The notes under the pieces: model-generated
Told to the model about the DNA's origin: nothing
The model's input: only the letters and a program-made list of their open reading frames with translations
The model's database searches: none
IMG/VR virus record: IMGVR_UViG_3300035182_001315
Reading direction: 5' to 3' (one strand)
Length of the DNA: 64,000 nucleotides
Origin: a virus
Taxonomy: Duplodnaviria > Caudoviricetes
Shown: piece by piece, positions 1 through 10,519 of the stretch
Layout of the letters: each line of letters begins with the position of its first letter
How positions within the stretch are numbered: position 1 is the stretch's first letter
Translations under genes and position numbers: made by a program

Positions 1-636
1 GCTGCTTACGTAAGACAATTGTTCCAGTACTCAAAGACTTACATTACTCCGGTGAGCATTCCTGAGTACTTCAAACCAAGCGTTACACCTAAGGTACCAA
101 TCGTATCTATCGTTACAAGAAATCCGGGTGATGCTGCTAAGATTGCCAAGGCGTTTTACTTGCAGTACCCAATCTACAAGTGGATTACCTTCAAGGAACT
201 TAGAGGTCTTTCAAGAGAACAATTTGCTGAAGACTTGGGTAAAAGTTGCTTAGCCGTATGGGTTGATGAAACTGCTGGTTTTGGTACATTCCCACTTGAA
301 GCATTTGAGTGTGGTACACCTATCATTGGTAGAATCCCTAACATGGTTCCTGATTGGATGGAAACACTTGATGAGAACGGCAATGCTGTTATCAAGAACA
401 ACGGTGTTTGGACCAACACATCAATCAACATTCCAGAACTTATCGCTACATACCTGAAGGTATGGTTCGAGGATTCAGTTCCAACTGAATTGTTGAACGT
501 GATGAAAGAATCAGCTGGTAAATATACACCTGCTGCTCAGGCTGCTGCAATCGAAAATGTGTTCGCACAATTGGTTGCTGAAAGAATCGCTGAGCTTAGC
601 AAACTAATCGAAAACGAAGAAACTGCTACAGCCTAA
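1..636 (+). CDS. GT-B (family 1/4-like) glycosyltransferase, C-terminal part; 5' end lies before the window
   Basis: Frame is open from base 1 (AAYVRQLFQYSK...); ETAGFGTFPLEAFECGTPII resembles the GT-B ExFGxxxxEA..G.P motif. Confidence 0.6.
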   Translation, partial: AAYVRQLFQYSKTYITPVSIPEYFKPSVTPKVPIVSIVTRNPGDAAKIAKAFYLQYPIYKWITFKELRGLSREQFAEDLGKSCLAVWVDETAGFGTFPLEAFECGTPIIGRIPNMVPDWMETLDENGNAVIKNNGVWTNTSINIPELIATYLKVWFEDSVPTELLNVMKESAGKYTPAAQAAAIENVFAQLVAERIAELSKLIENEETATA

Positions 637-1256
637 TGGAAACGCTAATTGACATAATAAGAGAATTGGAAGCTGAGCTGTCATCAAGTAACGGTGACTA
701 CTTAGAAATCAAGGGTATTAAAGAGAGTTATAACCAACGTCTCTTGGCTCAGTCACAATTCAGTGGGGTTACAAGAATCAATTGGCTTGAAACACCTATA
801 TTCAAATCAGATGATAAGACTGGAATTCCATTGACTTCAATCCAAAATTATTTGGGTGTTGACAAGGTACTTATTCAAGCAGTTGAGGAATTCTCATTTC
901 ACCCAACAGAAAGCCAAGTGGTTTTCAACGATGAGATTGATGTATTCGGTTTCCGTGTATCATCAAACATCTACGATACTTCAAACTTGGGAAAGGGTGT
1001 TTGGAAATATCCAAAGCTTTATCATCCAGCAACATTTTCAGAACAGGATAAGATTGTTATCAACTACTCCTTTTCTGACATAAAAGAAAATTTTAAATTA
1101 ACTGATGCAGAAACAAAGGCATATATCCAAGCCGTAGTTCTTCCTCAGGTAGCTGAGTTGATTGAGGCTGACGAATCAAATGCGCCACACCAAAATTATA
1201 TCGGCATAAGATGTTCAAAAAGGAGCATCAAAAGCATAAATAAACATTCAAGCTAA
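636..1256 (+). CDS. hypothetical protein
   Basis: 206-aa ORF, TAATG-coupled to the upstream gene. Confidence 0.65.
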   Translation: METLIDIIRELEAELSSSNGDYLEIKGIKESYNQRLLAQSQFSGVTRINWLETPIFKSDDKTGIPLTSIQNYLGVDKVLIQAVEEFSFHPTESQVVFNDEIDVFGFRVSSNIYDTSNLGKGVWKYPKLYHPATFSEQDKIVINYSFSDIKENFKLTDAETKAYIQAVVLPQVAELIEADESNAPHQNYIGIRCSKRSIKSINKHSS

Positions 1257-1266
1257 AACCATAACC

Positions 1267-2079
1267 ATGGAAAAATCAAACATAACCGTAATTATCCCAG
1301 TACACCAATTACAAACTGAAGGAATAACAGAACTTTTTCAGAACGCTCTTATAAGTGTTCAAATACAAAAGGTATTGCCGGATGAAGTTATTGTTGTAGT
1401 ACCATATGTAAACAATAATGTTTTACATGATGTTAGCGAAATTTTGGACAAACCAGAACTTGCTGCAATCAAAACAATTACAAGAATCGTAGAACACGAT
1501 AAAGGAATGGATTTCGCTTCTCAGGTAAACTACGGCGTATCTCAAGCCAAAACTGAATGGGTAACCATTCTTGAATACGATGACGAACTTGCCAATATCT
1601 GGTTAAAGAACGTTGTTGAATACAGAAAGGCTTTTCCTACAGTAGGATTGTTCATGCCGATTGTTGTTGACGTTGATGCTGCTGGCCAGTTCATCGGATT
1701 CACAAACGAAGCAGTATGGGCCAATAGTTTCTCAGATGAACTGGGTATACTGGACCTTAACGCACTTCTGGTTTACCAGAACTTCAACCTCGATGGTATT
1801 GTTATCAAGAAAGAAATCTACGAAGAGAACGGTGGTATCAAGCCAAGTATCAAGCTTACATTTATCTATGAATTCCTGTTAAGAATGGCGTTCAAGGATG
1901 TTAGAATAATGACCATCCCACGTTTCGGTTACAGGCACGTTAACCAGAGACCAGATTCATTGTTCGCAAGACTAAAAGCTGAAATCGACCCAATTGAAGC
2001 TAAATGGTGGTTGAGCCAAGCTAAGAAAGAATACTATTTTGAAAAGGATAGAAAGCTTTCATACACAACAACGAAATAA
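1267..2079 (+). CDS. glycosyltransferase family 2 (GT-A fold)
   Basis: N-terminal ITVIIPVH, NYGVSQAKTEWVTILEYDD (DxD-like), typical GT2 layout. Confidence 0.8.
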   Translation: MEKSNITVIIPVHQLQTEGITELFQNALISVQIQKVLPDEVIVVVPYVNNNVLHDVSEILDKPELAAIKTITRIVEHDKGMDFASQVNYGVSQAKTEWVTILEYDDELANIWLKNVVEYRKAFPTVGLFMPIVVDVDAAGQFIGFTNEAVWANSFSDELGILDLNALLVYQNFNLDGIVIKKEIYEENGGIKPSIKLTFIYEFLLRMAFKDVRIMTIPRFGYRHVNQRPDSLFARLKAEIDPIEAKWWLSQAKKEYYFEKDRKLSYTTTK

Positions 2080-2807
2080 TGGTCAACAAAAGAGGACGCA
2101 AACGTAAAAATGAAATGTACTTTGGTCCCGAAGAAGAGTTGGCTGTTAATCAGTACCTCGCATCTACAGATGATGCAGAAAGAAACTTAATCTATAATCA
2201 ATGGCTACGTGACCCATTGAACAAAATGATAGAGTCGATTATCAGAAGATACAAATTGTATCGTAAGGGTGAAACGTTTGAGGATTTACATAGCGACACC
2301 CTTTCTTTTCTGATGACGAAGGCACACAAGTTTGAGAGTTCAAGAGGCAAAAAAGCTTATTCCTATTACGGAACAATTTGCAAACATTACATCTTAGGAT
2401 TACTTATTAAGGACAAAAAATATACCAAGAACACCGCATCATACGAAGACATATCCTCAGAGCTTGAAGAAAGACAAGAGCTGAGCTATACAATCGACGA
2501 AGATGAGGTGACCATGGAAGCGTTTTTCAAAACCCTTACAAAAAGTATCAGGGAAGAACTCAACGATGAGAACTTTGCCCCGAAGAAAAAGCTCAACGAG
2601 AACGAACGCAAGGTCGGTCAGGCTCTGATAGAAATATTGGAGAACTGGGAGACAGCTTTTGACTCAATGAACGGTGGCCCTAAGTATAACAAGAATTCTG
2701 TACTCGAAACACTGAGGAACTATACTAACCTTTCAACAAAGGATATCAGACTTGCCATGAGGCGATTCAAGGAGCTTTATAAGCTTCTGAAGCGTCATGA
2801 TTTGTAA
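2079..2807 (+). CDS. phage late sigma factor-like protein (T4 gp55-like, sigma-70 region 2)
   Basis: EDLHSDTLSFLMTKAHKFESSRGKKAYSYYGTICKHY resembles sigma region 2 / gp55 (KF...NPFAYFTQI). Confidence 0.55.
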   Translation: MVNKRGRKRKNEMYFGPEEELAVNQYLASTDDAERNLIYNQWLRDPLNKMIESIIRRYKLYRKGETFEDLHSDTLSFLMTKAHKFESSRGKKAYSYYGTICKHYILGLLIKDKKYTKNTASYEDISSELEERQELSYTIDEDEVTMEAFFKTLTKSIREELNDENFAPKKKLNENERKVGQALIEILENWETAFDSMNGGPKYNKNSVLETLRNYTNLSTKDIRLAMRRFKELYKLLKRHDL

Positions 2808-2857
2808 TTTGACGTATAAAAAGCCTTTTCTGGATATTTATATGTAACTAAATTGCG

Positions 2858-3517
2858 ATGGAAACAGAGAAAATTTGTAAAAAATGTGGTCTAACTAAGA
2901 CTATTTCCGATTTCACCAAGTGTAAAGCTTGTGTTGGCGGATACAGAAATTCTTGTAAAGAATGTACCAGAGCATATCATGTTGATTATCAGAAAATTAA
3001 TCCAGAGGTAAAAGAATATCAGGAAAGGTATCGTCAAAAGAATAAAACTAAAAGGAGTGTTTATCAAATAAATTATGCTAAGAGTATCACCGGCTCAGCT
3101 AATAGAAGAGGGTGGTATTTGAAAAATAAACATCTTTTAGAAAAAAAGGAGAATAGACGAAAATATCGCAAGGTGTATAATAAAAATTCTTTATCACTGA
3201 AATGGCGATTACTCCTGAATAATACTTTAAAAAGAATTGGAAAAAAGAAAGAAGGGACAACAATTGAACTATTAGGATACACTGCGATTGATTTAAAACT
3301 ACATTTGGAATCATTATTTACCGAAGGAATGTCTTGGAAAAATTATGGTGAGTGGCATATTGACCATATCATACCAATATCCAAGTTCGACACATCAACA
3401 CCCGTGAATGTGATAAATTCATTGAGTAATTTACAACCTCTTTGGAAAACTACACGGGAAATTAATGATATTAGTTATTTAGGTAATCTGAACAAATCAA
3501 ATAATATTTTAAATTAA
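2858..3517 (+). CDS. HNH homing endonuclease
   Basis: N-terminal CxxC pairs, basic helix, LGYT..LK.HLE..F..GMSW.NYGEWHIDHIIP...N.L.NLQPLW. Confidence 0.8.
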   Translation: METEKICKKCGLTKTISDFTKCKACVGGYRNSCKECTRAYHVDYQKINPEVKEYQERYRQKNKTKRSVYQINYAKSITGSANRRGWYLKNKHLLEKKENRRKYRKVYNKNSLSLKWRLLLNNTLKRIGKKKEGTTIELLGYTAIDLKLHLESLFTEGMSWKNYGEWHIDHIIPISKFDTSTPVNVINSLSNLQPLWKTTREINDISYLGNLNKSNNILN

Positions 3518-3528
3518 ATTTAAAAATC

Positions 3529-3921
3529 GTGCCACGTAAAAAGAAACAAGAGGTAAAGGTAAACGACTCTGAAAGTCTTCAAGGTCTTATGCAAGAAACC
3601 TACAATGACGCATGTTTACAAATAAATGATACTCAAAGAACTATAAACGAGTTATCAACTGCAACTCCGGCGAATGTCGAAGAAGTAAGTGATATCGCCA
3701 TCATTGTTAGGGAAAAAAGCAACCTTCTTAAAGTGAAGGATTCTGCCATCCGTATCAAGTTGGAAATCGCAAAGCTTCAGAGCGACATCATCAAGAACAG
3801 AGGCAACGTTGAAGAAGCCGTAACGCAAACCAGTAATGGACAGGCAACCTTGGATGACTTCAGTACCGTGAGAGCTATGCTTAAGAAAAATAAGGAAAAC
3901 GAAGATACTGACCTTGGTTAA
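3529..3921 (+). CDS. hypothetical coiled-coil protein
   Basis: 130-aa ORF, GTG start, tightly packed in the operon. Confidence 0.6.
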   Translation: MPRKKKQEVKVNDSESLQGLMQETYNDACLQINDTQRTINELSTATPANVEEVSDIAIIVREKSNLLKVKDSAIRIKLEIAKLQSDIIKNRGNVEEAVTQTSNGQATLDDFSTVRAMLKKNKENEDTDLG

Positions 3922-3923
3922 TT

Positions 3924-5363
3924 ATGTCAATACTATCACAAAAACAAAAGGTGTTTGGAGACATCGCAGCGTTCAGAACTTTAACCGAAGGACTTCCTTC
4001 CTTAAAGACAAGCTCGTCGTTTCCATCCATCAATAACAACGGTGATAGCATCGCATTCCTTTGTGACCTTATCAAGGCCCTGATTGGATATGATGCCCTT
4101 CAGGAAACCGTGGTTACAACACTTGTTTACTCTCTGAAAGACATCGAAAGAGAAATCAAAAATAGCCTTAAACTTGAATTGAAATCAATCGTTAGTTGTG
4201 GTGTTAACCCATCACTTCCATCATTCATCAAATCAAGTGGCCCCGGCATCAAGGTGCAGGTTCCAAAGGTAGACTTTACAAATCTTATGCTGGTTGACCC
4301 AAGGTCAACTGGCGGTAAGATGCTTTACAATGACCTAACCACAAACCTGCTGGATAGCTCAGACTTTAATACATTCCTTTACCAAACAATTCAAAACAAT
4401 GGTACCATTCAGAGCTGGGGACATACAACAGCCGGTGCTGATATCATAACCGTAAGATTCGATGCTCAGGATATTTCAAACGTAAATCCTAACAATACAC
4501 TTACAATAAAAGCGCATCCAACTTACGATAGCAAAACACTTACTGATTTAAACAACGATTATATCGACAGCATCACTCTTTTCAATACGGAAAATCTTGT
4601 GAACAATGTTATTGATATGGTATTCGGAACAATTTCTACAACACTTGGCAAGTCATTAAAACAACTTACAGCCGAGGCACAAATAAACACCGTTATTGAC
4701 AAGATAGTATCTTCAGATAACAGGGATGTAATCAATGACAGTTATTTCACATTCACACCGGCACAGGTAAATGCTCAGAATCTTCAGGCTGCTTCAAGAC
4801 AAATCGGACAGAAGCCACAGGATACTTCAGCGCAGTTTACTACCAGTGTACCATTCGCCATGCTTTCTGCTTCAAGTGCAAGCATCGCCAGTACAACAAA
4901 TCAACTGGATAAAAGAGATGCGGTTATTTCATCATTGAATACGATAGGTAATCAGGTTGCTTTACCAGCTACCAATCCTGTTGACAATGCTGCAATGAAA
5001 CTTAACTTTATTCAGGAAATCGTAAACAACCTTATCAAAGGAATTGTGAATTCAATTCTAAGTCCAAAGGTTATTACAATATTTTTGATTAATTATAAAA
5101 TTGTATACGGCCCAGCTGCAACTTTTACGGATTCAGTTGACTTCCTAAAAAAGAACAAGAACCTTATACACAATATTACCAAGACCATCAGTACGCTTAT
5201 AATTAAGACGTTACTGACTCTTGCAATGAAACAAATTGCTACTTTGGTTGCGGAAGCCGCTGCCAAGCAGTTAATCGATAAGGCCCAATCAAACCTGACA
5301 CAATTGTTGAGCTTGGTTGGTGTGCCACAGGAAACCCTAAGACTAATACTTGGATTATTATGA
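3924..5363 (+). CDS. hypothetical, probable virion structural protein
   Basis: 479-aa S/T/N-rich ORF in an operon with the gp5-like gene. Confidence 0.55.
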   Translation: MSILSQKQKVFGDIAAFRTLTEGLPSLKTSSSFPSINNNGDSIAFLCDLIKALIGYDALQETVVTTLVYSLKDIEREIKNSLKLELKSIVSCGVNPSLPSFIKSSGPGIKVQVPKVDFTNLMLVDPRSTGGKMLYNDLTTNLLDSSDFNTFLYQTIQNNGTIQSWGHTTAGADIITVRFDAQDISNVNPNNTLTIKAHPTYDSKTLTDLNNDYIDSITLFNTENLVNNVIDMVFGTISTTLGKSLKQLTAEAQINTVIDKIVSSDNRDVINDSYFTFTPAQVNAQNLQAASRQIGQKPQDTSAQFTTSVPFAMLSASSASIASTTNQLDKRDAVISSLNTIGNQVALPATNPVDNAAMKLNFIQEIVNNLIKGIVNSILSPKVITIFLINYKIVYGPAATFTDSVDFLKKNKNLIHNITKTISTLIIKTLLTLAMKQIATLVAEAAAKQLIDKAQSNLTQLLSLVGVPQETLRLILGLL

Positions 5364-5812
5364 GTGATGTAAATACAGGAAAGAAACAGGAAATAGCTAC
5401 TGGTGACAACACCAATCTTAGCTCCATATCCAGTATCTTGGGTGTCATTACAGCAGCATTCAATATACCAAAGGAACCTGTGTCTCCATTGCCGCCACCG
5501 CTTATCCTTACAGGTGCTAACATCAGGCCGGGACTTACCGCCAGCGTTATCGCTTCAAGAATTATAGCAAGGCAATCAGAAGCCGGATTGATTCCCGGTG
5601 ATGTTTATGGCGATGGACCAAACACATCAGAAGCTATGCTTTTGATTATCGTTCAGGAAATAATAAACGCTATCCTGACTGAAGCTAAGATTGAGGTTGT
5701 CGTTCCACCGGGAGTTGCAGTAACAACCGTGGGTGTTGGTAACCTTGGTGCCCCAGTGTTATCACAAGGCGCTACAACCAACCTTGGCGTTGGTAGCGGT
5801 GTTATTCGTTAA
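5360..5812 (+). CDS. hypothetical, probable baseplate/spike-associated protein
   Basis: 150-aa ORF overlapping upstream stop; G/V-rich C-terminus; position upstream of gp5-like gene. Confidence 0.45.
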   Translation: MSDVNTGKKQEIATGDNTNLSSISSILGVITAAFNIPKEPVSPLPPPLILTGANIRPGLTASVIASRIIARQSEAGLIPGDVYGDGPNTSEAMLLIIVQEIINAILTEAKIEVVVPPGVAVTTVGVGNLGAPVLSQGATTNLGVGSGVIR

Positions 5813-5822
5813 ACGTTATTTT

Positions 5823-6035
5823 ATGGAAACAACAACAGAAAAAACTCTCAGTGAAGAGGTAAAAGATTTGGAAAACAAATCGAACAATGAGATTCTATTT
5901 GAAATTAAACAAATGGAAGCTGACCACGAAGCCCTTAAGATGAAAATGATTAAGGACTTTGATAAACTTGTCGATATCGAAAAGAGATTCGACAGAGCTA
6001 ACCAAATTTTATTGAAAAGACTTAAGAAAGACTAA
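5823..6035 (+). CDS. hypothetical coiled-coil protein
   Basis: ATG at 5823 (METTTEK...) preferred over upstream TTG in the track; TAATG-coupled to next gene. Confidence 0.6.
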   Translation: METTTEKTLSEEVKDLENKSNNEILFEIKQMEADHEALKMKMIKDFDKLVDIEKRFDRANQILLKRLKKD

Positions 6036-7012
6036 TGTCTGAAAATAAATTCATAACAAATAGACCTACCGTACTGAGTACTGTCGATAACTTGAAATTC
6101 GTCCAGATTGGCGTTGTTGCAAGTGTCGATGACCCAAATGGTTTAGGTCGTATTAAGGTAAAGATACCGGGACCTGCCAACCGTGGCGGTGATGACGGTA
6201 CATTGCTTGAGGATATCCCATGGGCATATCCAATGGTTTCAAAATTCTTTACAGCTCAACCAAAGATTGGTGAAGGCGTTTTTATCCTTGTATTTACAGA
6301 CCAAAAGTCACATAGCGATAGATTATATTTCGGTCCGATAATTTCATCATTGGACAACCTTAATCTGGACCCAGTTAACACAACAGCGTTAACCCCGTTC
6401 ACATTCGCAAACCTTAGCCCAAAAACAAACATTGGCCAGATTCCGGCACTCACCGGAGTCTTCGCCAAGCCAGATGATATCGCTATTCAAGGTCGTTATA
6501 ATACAGACATCCTGCTTAGAAAGAATGAAGTTCTTATCAGAGCCGGTAAGTTTATTGAAGTAAACCCTGATGACAACAACCCATATGGATTCCAGTTCAA
6601 TACAGCCACTCCCGGCTTCTTGCAGATAAGAAATGCGGTGCCTTTGGCCAAGCCAGTGGAGAACGTTACAACCCCAATAGGAAGCGTTGTGAACCTCGTT
6701 GGTAGCAAGGTGAATATCCTTACCCATCAGGACGGAGCCCCACGTTTCAACCTGACTGACCAAGATGAACAAATTACCGACGACGAGATGTTGAATATCC
6801 TTGAAAATGCTCACCAGCTACCTTTCGGCGATATCCTGATTCAATACCTTAGGCTCCTGAAGACAGCCTTCCTGAATCACGTCCATAATGGCAACGGAAG
6901 ACCACCAACAGACCTTGTGGCCGGTGGTGCAGCTCAGAATGTGCTGGCTTTCAAGAAGGCGGCAGAGGACTTGGAAAATCGAATGTTATCCCAAAATGTA
7001 CGAATAAACTAA
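6035..7012 (+). CDS. baseplate hub/spike protein with gp5/VgrG-type OB-fold N-terminus
   Basis: GVVASVDDPNGLGRIKVKIP...PWAYP...P.IGEGVFI...RLYFGPI is the gp5 OB-fold signature. Confidence 0.7.
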   Translation: MSENKFITNRPTVLSTVDNLKFVQIGVVASVDDPNGLGRIKVKIPGPANRGGDDGTLLEDIPWAYPMVSKFFTAQPKIGEGVFILVFTDQKSHSDRLYFGPIISSLDNLNLDPVNTTALTPFTFANLSPKTNIGQIPALTGVFAKPDDIAIQGRYNTDILLRKNEVLIRAGKFIEVNPDDNNPYGFQFNTATPGFLQIRNAVPLAKPVENVTTPIGSVVNLVGSKVNILTHQDGAPRFNLTDQDEQITDDEMLNILENAHQLPFGDILIQYLRLLKTAFLNHVHNGNGRPPTDLVAGGAAQNVLAFKKAAEDLENRMLSQNVRIN

Positions 7013-7040
7013 GAGTTTTGGATATTTATAAAGAAAACAA

Positions 7041-8450
7041 ATGGTAATTAGGACCTTTTTCGATAAAAACAATACTCTTGTAGCAAATGACTATGTGAAC
7101 ACAGCGAGAAATCCCGTTGCGGAACTCTTCTATGGCGGTGCCGTAGGTGAGAACAGATTTACCCGTTTCATCTTCCATTTTGACGAATCAAGACTCCGTT
7201 CAATGTACACTGGCGGAACCTTCACAGACCTTACCAAACTGAAACATACTCTTAAATTAACAAATACCGCTATCTTTGACGAAGAACTTCTTAACAAGGA
7301 TTTCGGCGGAAAGGACAGAAGCTCATCTTTCGACCTTATCGTTTTCAAGGTTAACCAATCTTGGGACGAAGGGGTAGGCTATGACTTCTCTGATTGTCAG
7401 GCATTCTTCGGAAACTGCTCAATCTCTTTCACACCTTCAAGCTGGTATTACCCAACAACTGGTATCTACTGGAGCGGCGGTTCTGGCGTATACTCAGGTT
7501 CACCATCTGGCATCACTGTTGCTACTCAACACTTTGACCTTGGTAATGAAAATATGGAAGTAGATATTACAAGCTACGTTAACGGCCTATTGACAGGCGG
7601 AACAAACTATGGCTTGGGTATAGCATACTCACCAGCTTTCGAGGCGATGTCTACCCGCCAGCTTCAATATGTAGGATTCTTTACACGTCACACACAGACC
7701 TTCTATGAACCGTACATTGAAACAAGCTACAGCAACAATATCACAGATGACAGAAACAACTTTTACTTGGATAAGCCAAACAAGCTTTACCTGTACGTAA
7801 ATGCTGCCGGTAACCCAACCAATTTGGATTCACTTCCGGGAGTTGTTGTATATGATAATGAAGACAACGTATTCTCAGCTTATACTTCATCAGCGGTAAC
7901 CCACGTCACCAAGGGTGTTTATTCAATCGATATCTTGGTTCCAACCGTGGATGGCCTGACTGACAAATACCTTTACTCAGATGTATGGACCGGCATTACC
8001 ATCAACGGTATCAGCAGACCTAATATCAGCCTTACCTTTGAGCTTAGAGATAGCTTGGAGTATTACGGCATTGGTGACGAGGATGCCCTTCCTAAGCCAC
8101 TGGCTGTATCTGTAGCAGGACTTAATAGCAATGAGAAAATCAAGCGTGGCGATATCCGTAAGGTTATTGTTTCAGCAAGAATTCCATATACCGTAGAACA
8201 GTCTCAGACCGTTATCGGCATCAAATATCGTTTGTATGTAACTGAAGGAAAGAATGAGGTTACTGTTATCGACTTCACGCCGGTACAGATTGCTTCAAAC
8301 TATAACTACTTTTTGCTGGATACGCTTAGCCTTATTCCGGGAACATATTATTTGGATGTATTAGTTGAATCAAACCAAGAAGTGACAACGCTTAGAAACG
8401 TTATCAATTTCCAAATCATCAGTGAATCTAACCTTAGAATCAGCCAATAA
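7041..8450 (+). CDS. probable virion structural protein (beta-rich)
   Basis: 469-aa ORF behind an ATATTTAT motif; G/T/S-rich beta-strand patterns. Confidence 0.55.
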   Translation: MVIRTFFDKNNTLVANDYVNTARNPVAELFYGGAVGENRFTRFIFHFDESRLRSMYTGGTFTDLTKLKHTLKLTNTAIFDEELLNKDFGGKDRSSSFDLIVFKVNQSWDEGVGYDFSDCQAFFGNCSISFTPSSWYYPTTGIYWSGGSGVYSGSPSGITVATQHFDLGNENMEVDITSYVNGLLTGGTNYGLGIAYSPAFEAMSTRQLQYVGFFTRHTQTFYEPYIETSYSNNITDDRNNFYLDKPNKLYLYVNAAGNPTNLDSLPGVVVYDNEDNVFSAYTSSAVTHVTKGVYSIDILVPTVDGLTDKYLYSDVWTGITINGISRPNISLTFELRDSLEYYGIGDEDALPKPLAVSVAGLNSNEKIKRGDIRKVIVSARIPYTVEQSQTVIGIKYRLYVTEGKNEVTVIDFTPVQIASNYNYFLLDTLSLIPGTYYLDVLVESNQEVTTLRNVINFQIISESNLRISQ

Positions 8451-8827
8451 TGAAAGACCTTATCAGACATAGAGTACGCAACTTTATCATGGAGAATACC
8501 ATGATTGATGACCAGAGCATGAATCCCGGCACACAATCTCTGTGCAATACCATGAGCGTAAAAACCTATGATGAAGTTATTGGTCGTGTTACAGCAGCGA
8601 TAGGTACCCAGCAAGAAAATCCACAGATGTGGGCGAAGATTCAAAAGCCTCTTTCAATGCTTCAGCAATCCAACAATCAAATTGGTCAGGAAAGAGATAC
8701 AACCATGGATGGCCAGCCAACAAACAATGGCGCAGGCATCACAGGTGACTCAATGGTGGATGAAGCCAACACTTGGTGGGCTGCAATACAATCAATAATC
8801 TGCGAACAAGGTCCAGAATTTCAATAA
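8450..8827 (+). CDS. hypothetical protein with MKDLI...E leader (candidate internal head protein)
   Basis: N-terminus MKDLIRHRVRNFIME resembles other leaders in the window. Confidence 0.55.
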   Translation: MKDLIRHRVRNFIMENTMIDDQSMNPGTQSLCNTMSVKTYDEVIGRVTAAIGTQQENPQMWAKIQKPLSMLQQSNNQIGQERDTTMDGQPTNNGAGITGDSMVDEANTWWAAIQSIICEQGPEFQ

Positions 8828-8831
8828 CAAA

Positions 8832-8859
8832 AAACCCACATTTCTGTGGGTTTCTTTTT
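8832..8859. terminator. bidirectional intrinsic terminator
   Basis: AAACCCACA-TTTC-TGTGGGTTT flanked by A and T runs, between convergent genes. Confidence 0.8.
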
Positions 8860-9703
8860 AACAATCTTTTCTACAACCTTCATTTATCAGATGTCTCATA
8901 TCAGATGGACGACCTGTAGCTCTGTTGTATTTGTTGGCCAACTGTGTATTGCCACCGGCAACCTCTTGCTTAGCCCAAGTTCTTGTTTTATAATTTGCCC
9001 CATAGAATGGATGCCATATGTGTAGTATAGAATTCTTTGTTGTTTTGTGCTTTGCGTAAAGTGTATCCAAAGCTCTCAATAAAGCGATGTCTTCACCACC
9101 CCAACCCTTATCAAATCTCTCATCGAAACAACCCAATATTTCAATAGCTTCTCTGGGCATCACGGTACACATTGCACCATAGCGATGACCATACTTGCTT
9201 ACATCACCAGCATTTTCAATAAAACAATCAGCCGGATGTTCTGGGAATCTGTAAGGATGCTTAGGGTCTGATTCAAGGATACGTTCGGATGCTTCTTTTG
9301 TTAAACGATAAAGATGACGGTAAGGTACATACCACAAGCGGTGGCCACGGTCAATCTCTTCAAGGATTCTATCAGCACAATGCTCGATAACCTTTCCAGA
9401 AATGTATGCATCAGAATCCATAACCACGATAACCTTTCCTGTTGATTCCTTGAAGGCATTGTTAAGTGCTTCGGATTTGCAGAAAATTTCGCTATTGGAT
9501 TTTCCAATTATAATTTCTGCATCAGGTAGTTCGTGTTTCCAATACTTCAATAACCATTTGAACGACCTTTTTCTTATTTTGTCCTCGGATGAAAATGGTA
9601 TCAGAATACTTATCTTAGGTTGTTCATTTTCGCATGGAGCCTTAAAAAAAAGATTGTAAATTAGCTTGCCTATTAACCTTGAAATTCTTCTGAAAATGTT
9701 CAT
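8858..9703 (-). CDS. glycosyltransferase family 2 with GT7-like C-terminus
   Basis: ISILIPF, KSEALNNA, VVMDSD (DxD), FDERFDKGWGGED. Confidence 0.8.
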   Translation of the reverse strand: MNIFRRISRLIGKLIYNLFFKAPCENEQPKISILIPFSSEDKIRKRSFKWLLKYWKHELPDAEIIIGKSNSEIFCKSEALNNAFKESTGKVIVVMDSDAYISGKVIEHCADRILEEIDRGHRLWYVPYRHLYRLTKEASERILESDPKHPYRFPEHPADCFIENAGDVSKYGHRYGAMCTVMPREAIEILGCFDERFDKGWGGEDIALLRALDTLYAKHKTTKNSILHIWHPFYGANYKTRTWAKQEVAGGNTQLANKYNRATGRPSDMRHLINEGCRKDC

Positions 9704-10419
9704 GAAAATAATCTTTTTATTTCTTCGAAAACATCGAACAATTCGTGTTGTCGTTCTGTTATTATGTGTCTGTTTGCTTGTTGTGTTACACCTATCTCCA
9801 GCTCCATTCCGATGCTCTGACTGTAGTCATGCCATTTGAATAGTCCACCTTCTTGGTGCGGATGACTCAAGACCCTTTCTGAGATTTCAATTCTTCTTGG
9901 TATACCAAATGCATCTGCAATTATAATACCATGTAACGAAGAACTAACAATCTTTTTACACTGACCTATCTCAGCAATTACCTTTAGTGGGTCATCACTC
10001 ACATCGATAATCTTAGGGTTGTACTTTAAAAATCTTGGGTCTTTGGTTAATGCCTTATCAGTCCAATGTGCAACAATTCCTAAGTCATATTTCTTGTCTT
10101 CAAGCGGTACCAATTCATCAGCCAATAATCCGAAATCTCCAAATGGAATGCCGGTTAAATGTGGCGCTGTAAGTGGCCCTCTCAGAGCTAAAATAGTAGC
10201 GTTAGGGAAATCTACTACCGTCTTTTCATGTAATTTTCCTGTACCTGCAATCACCCCGCTGAAGTCCTTTGGAAGATGCTCAAGTATAGAGCCCACCATA
10301 ACCAATTCAGCCTTGTCTGGTGTGACAAGGGTCGTTGATAATCCAGTAAATCTTTTGATTAGTAAGTCGGTTAGTAAATCACCGAAATTTTTCTTTCCTG
10401 TCCAGTAATATACATTCAT
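9700..10419 (-). CDS. polysaccharide pyruvyltransferase (ExoV-like)
   Basis: NFGDLL, VGSIL, GTG, ALRGPLT, GDFGLL, IVSSSLHGIIIADAFGIP motifs. Confidence 0.85.
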   Translation of the reverse strand: MNVYYWTGKKNFGDLLTDLLIKRFTGLSTTLVTPDKAELVMVGSILEHLPKDFSGVIAGTGKLHEKTVVDFPNATILALRGPLTAPHLTGIPFGDFGLLADELVPLEDKKYDLGIVAHWTDKALTKDPRFLKYNPKIIDVSDDPLKVIAEIGQCKKIVSSSLHGIIIADAFGIPRRIEISERVLSHPHQEGGLFKWHDYSQSIGMELEIGVTQQANRHIITERQHELFDVFEEIKRLFS

Positions 10420-10519
10420 AACTATAAATATGGGAGGTTCCAGAGAAATTTCTAATACAAAATTAATTATTTGTTGTTAGCCTCTTGACTTATCAACATG
10501 TTGTATTATATTTATAATT

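Noticed and set aside
3529-3921. Small terminase subunit
   Set aside because: Size and coiled-coil character fit, but no recognisable motif and it is 20 kb from the large subunit; left as hypothetical.
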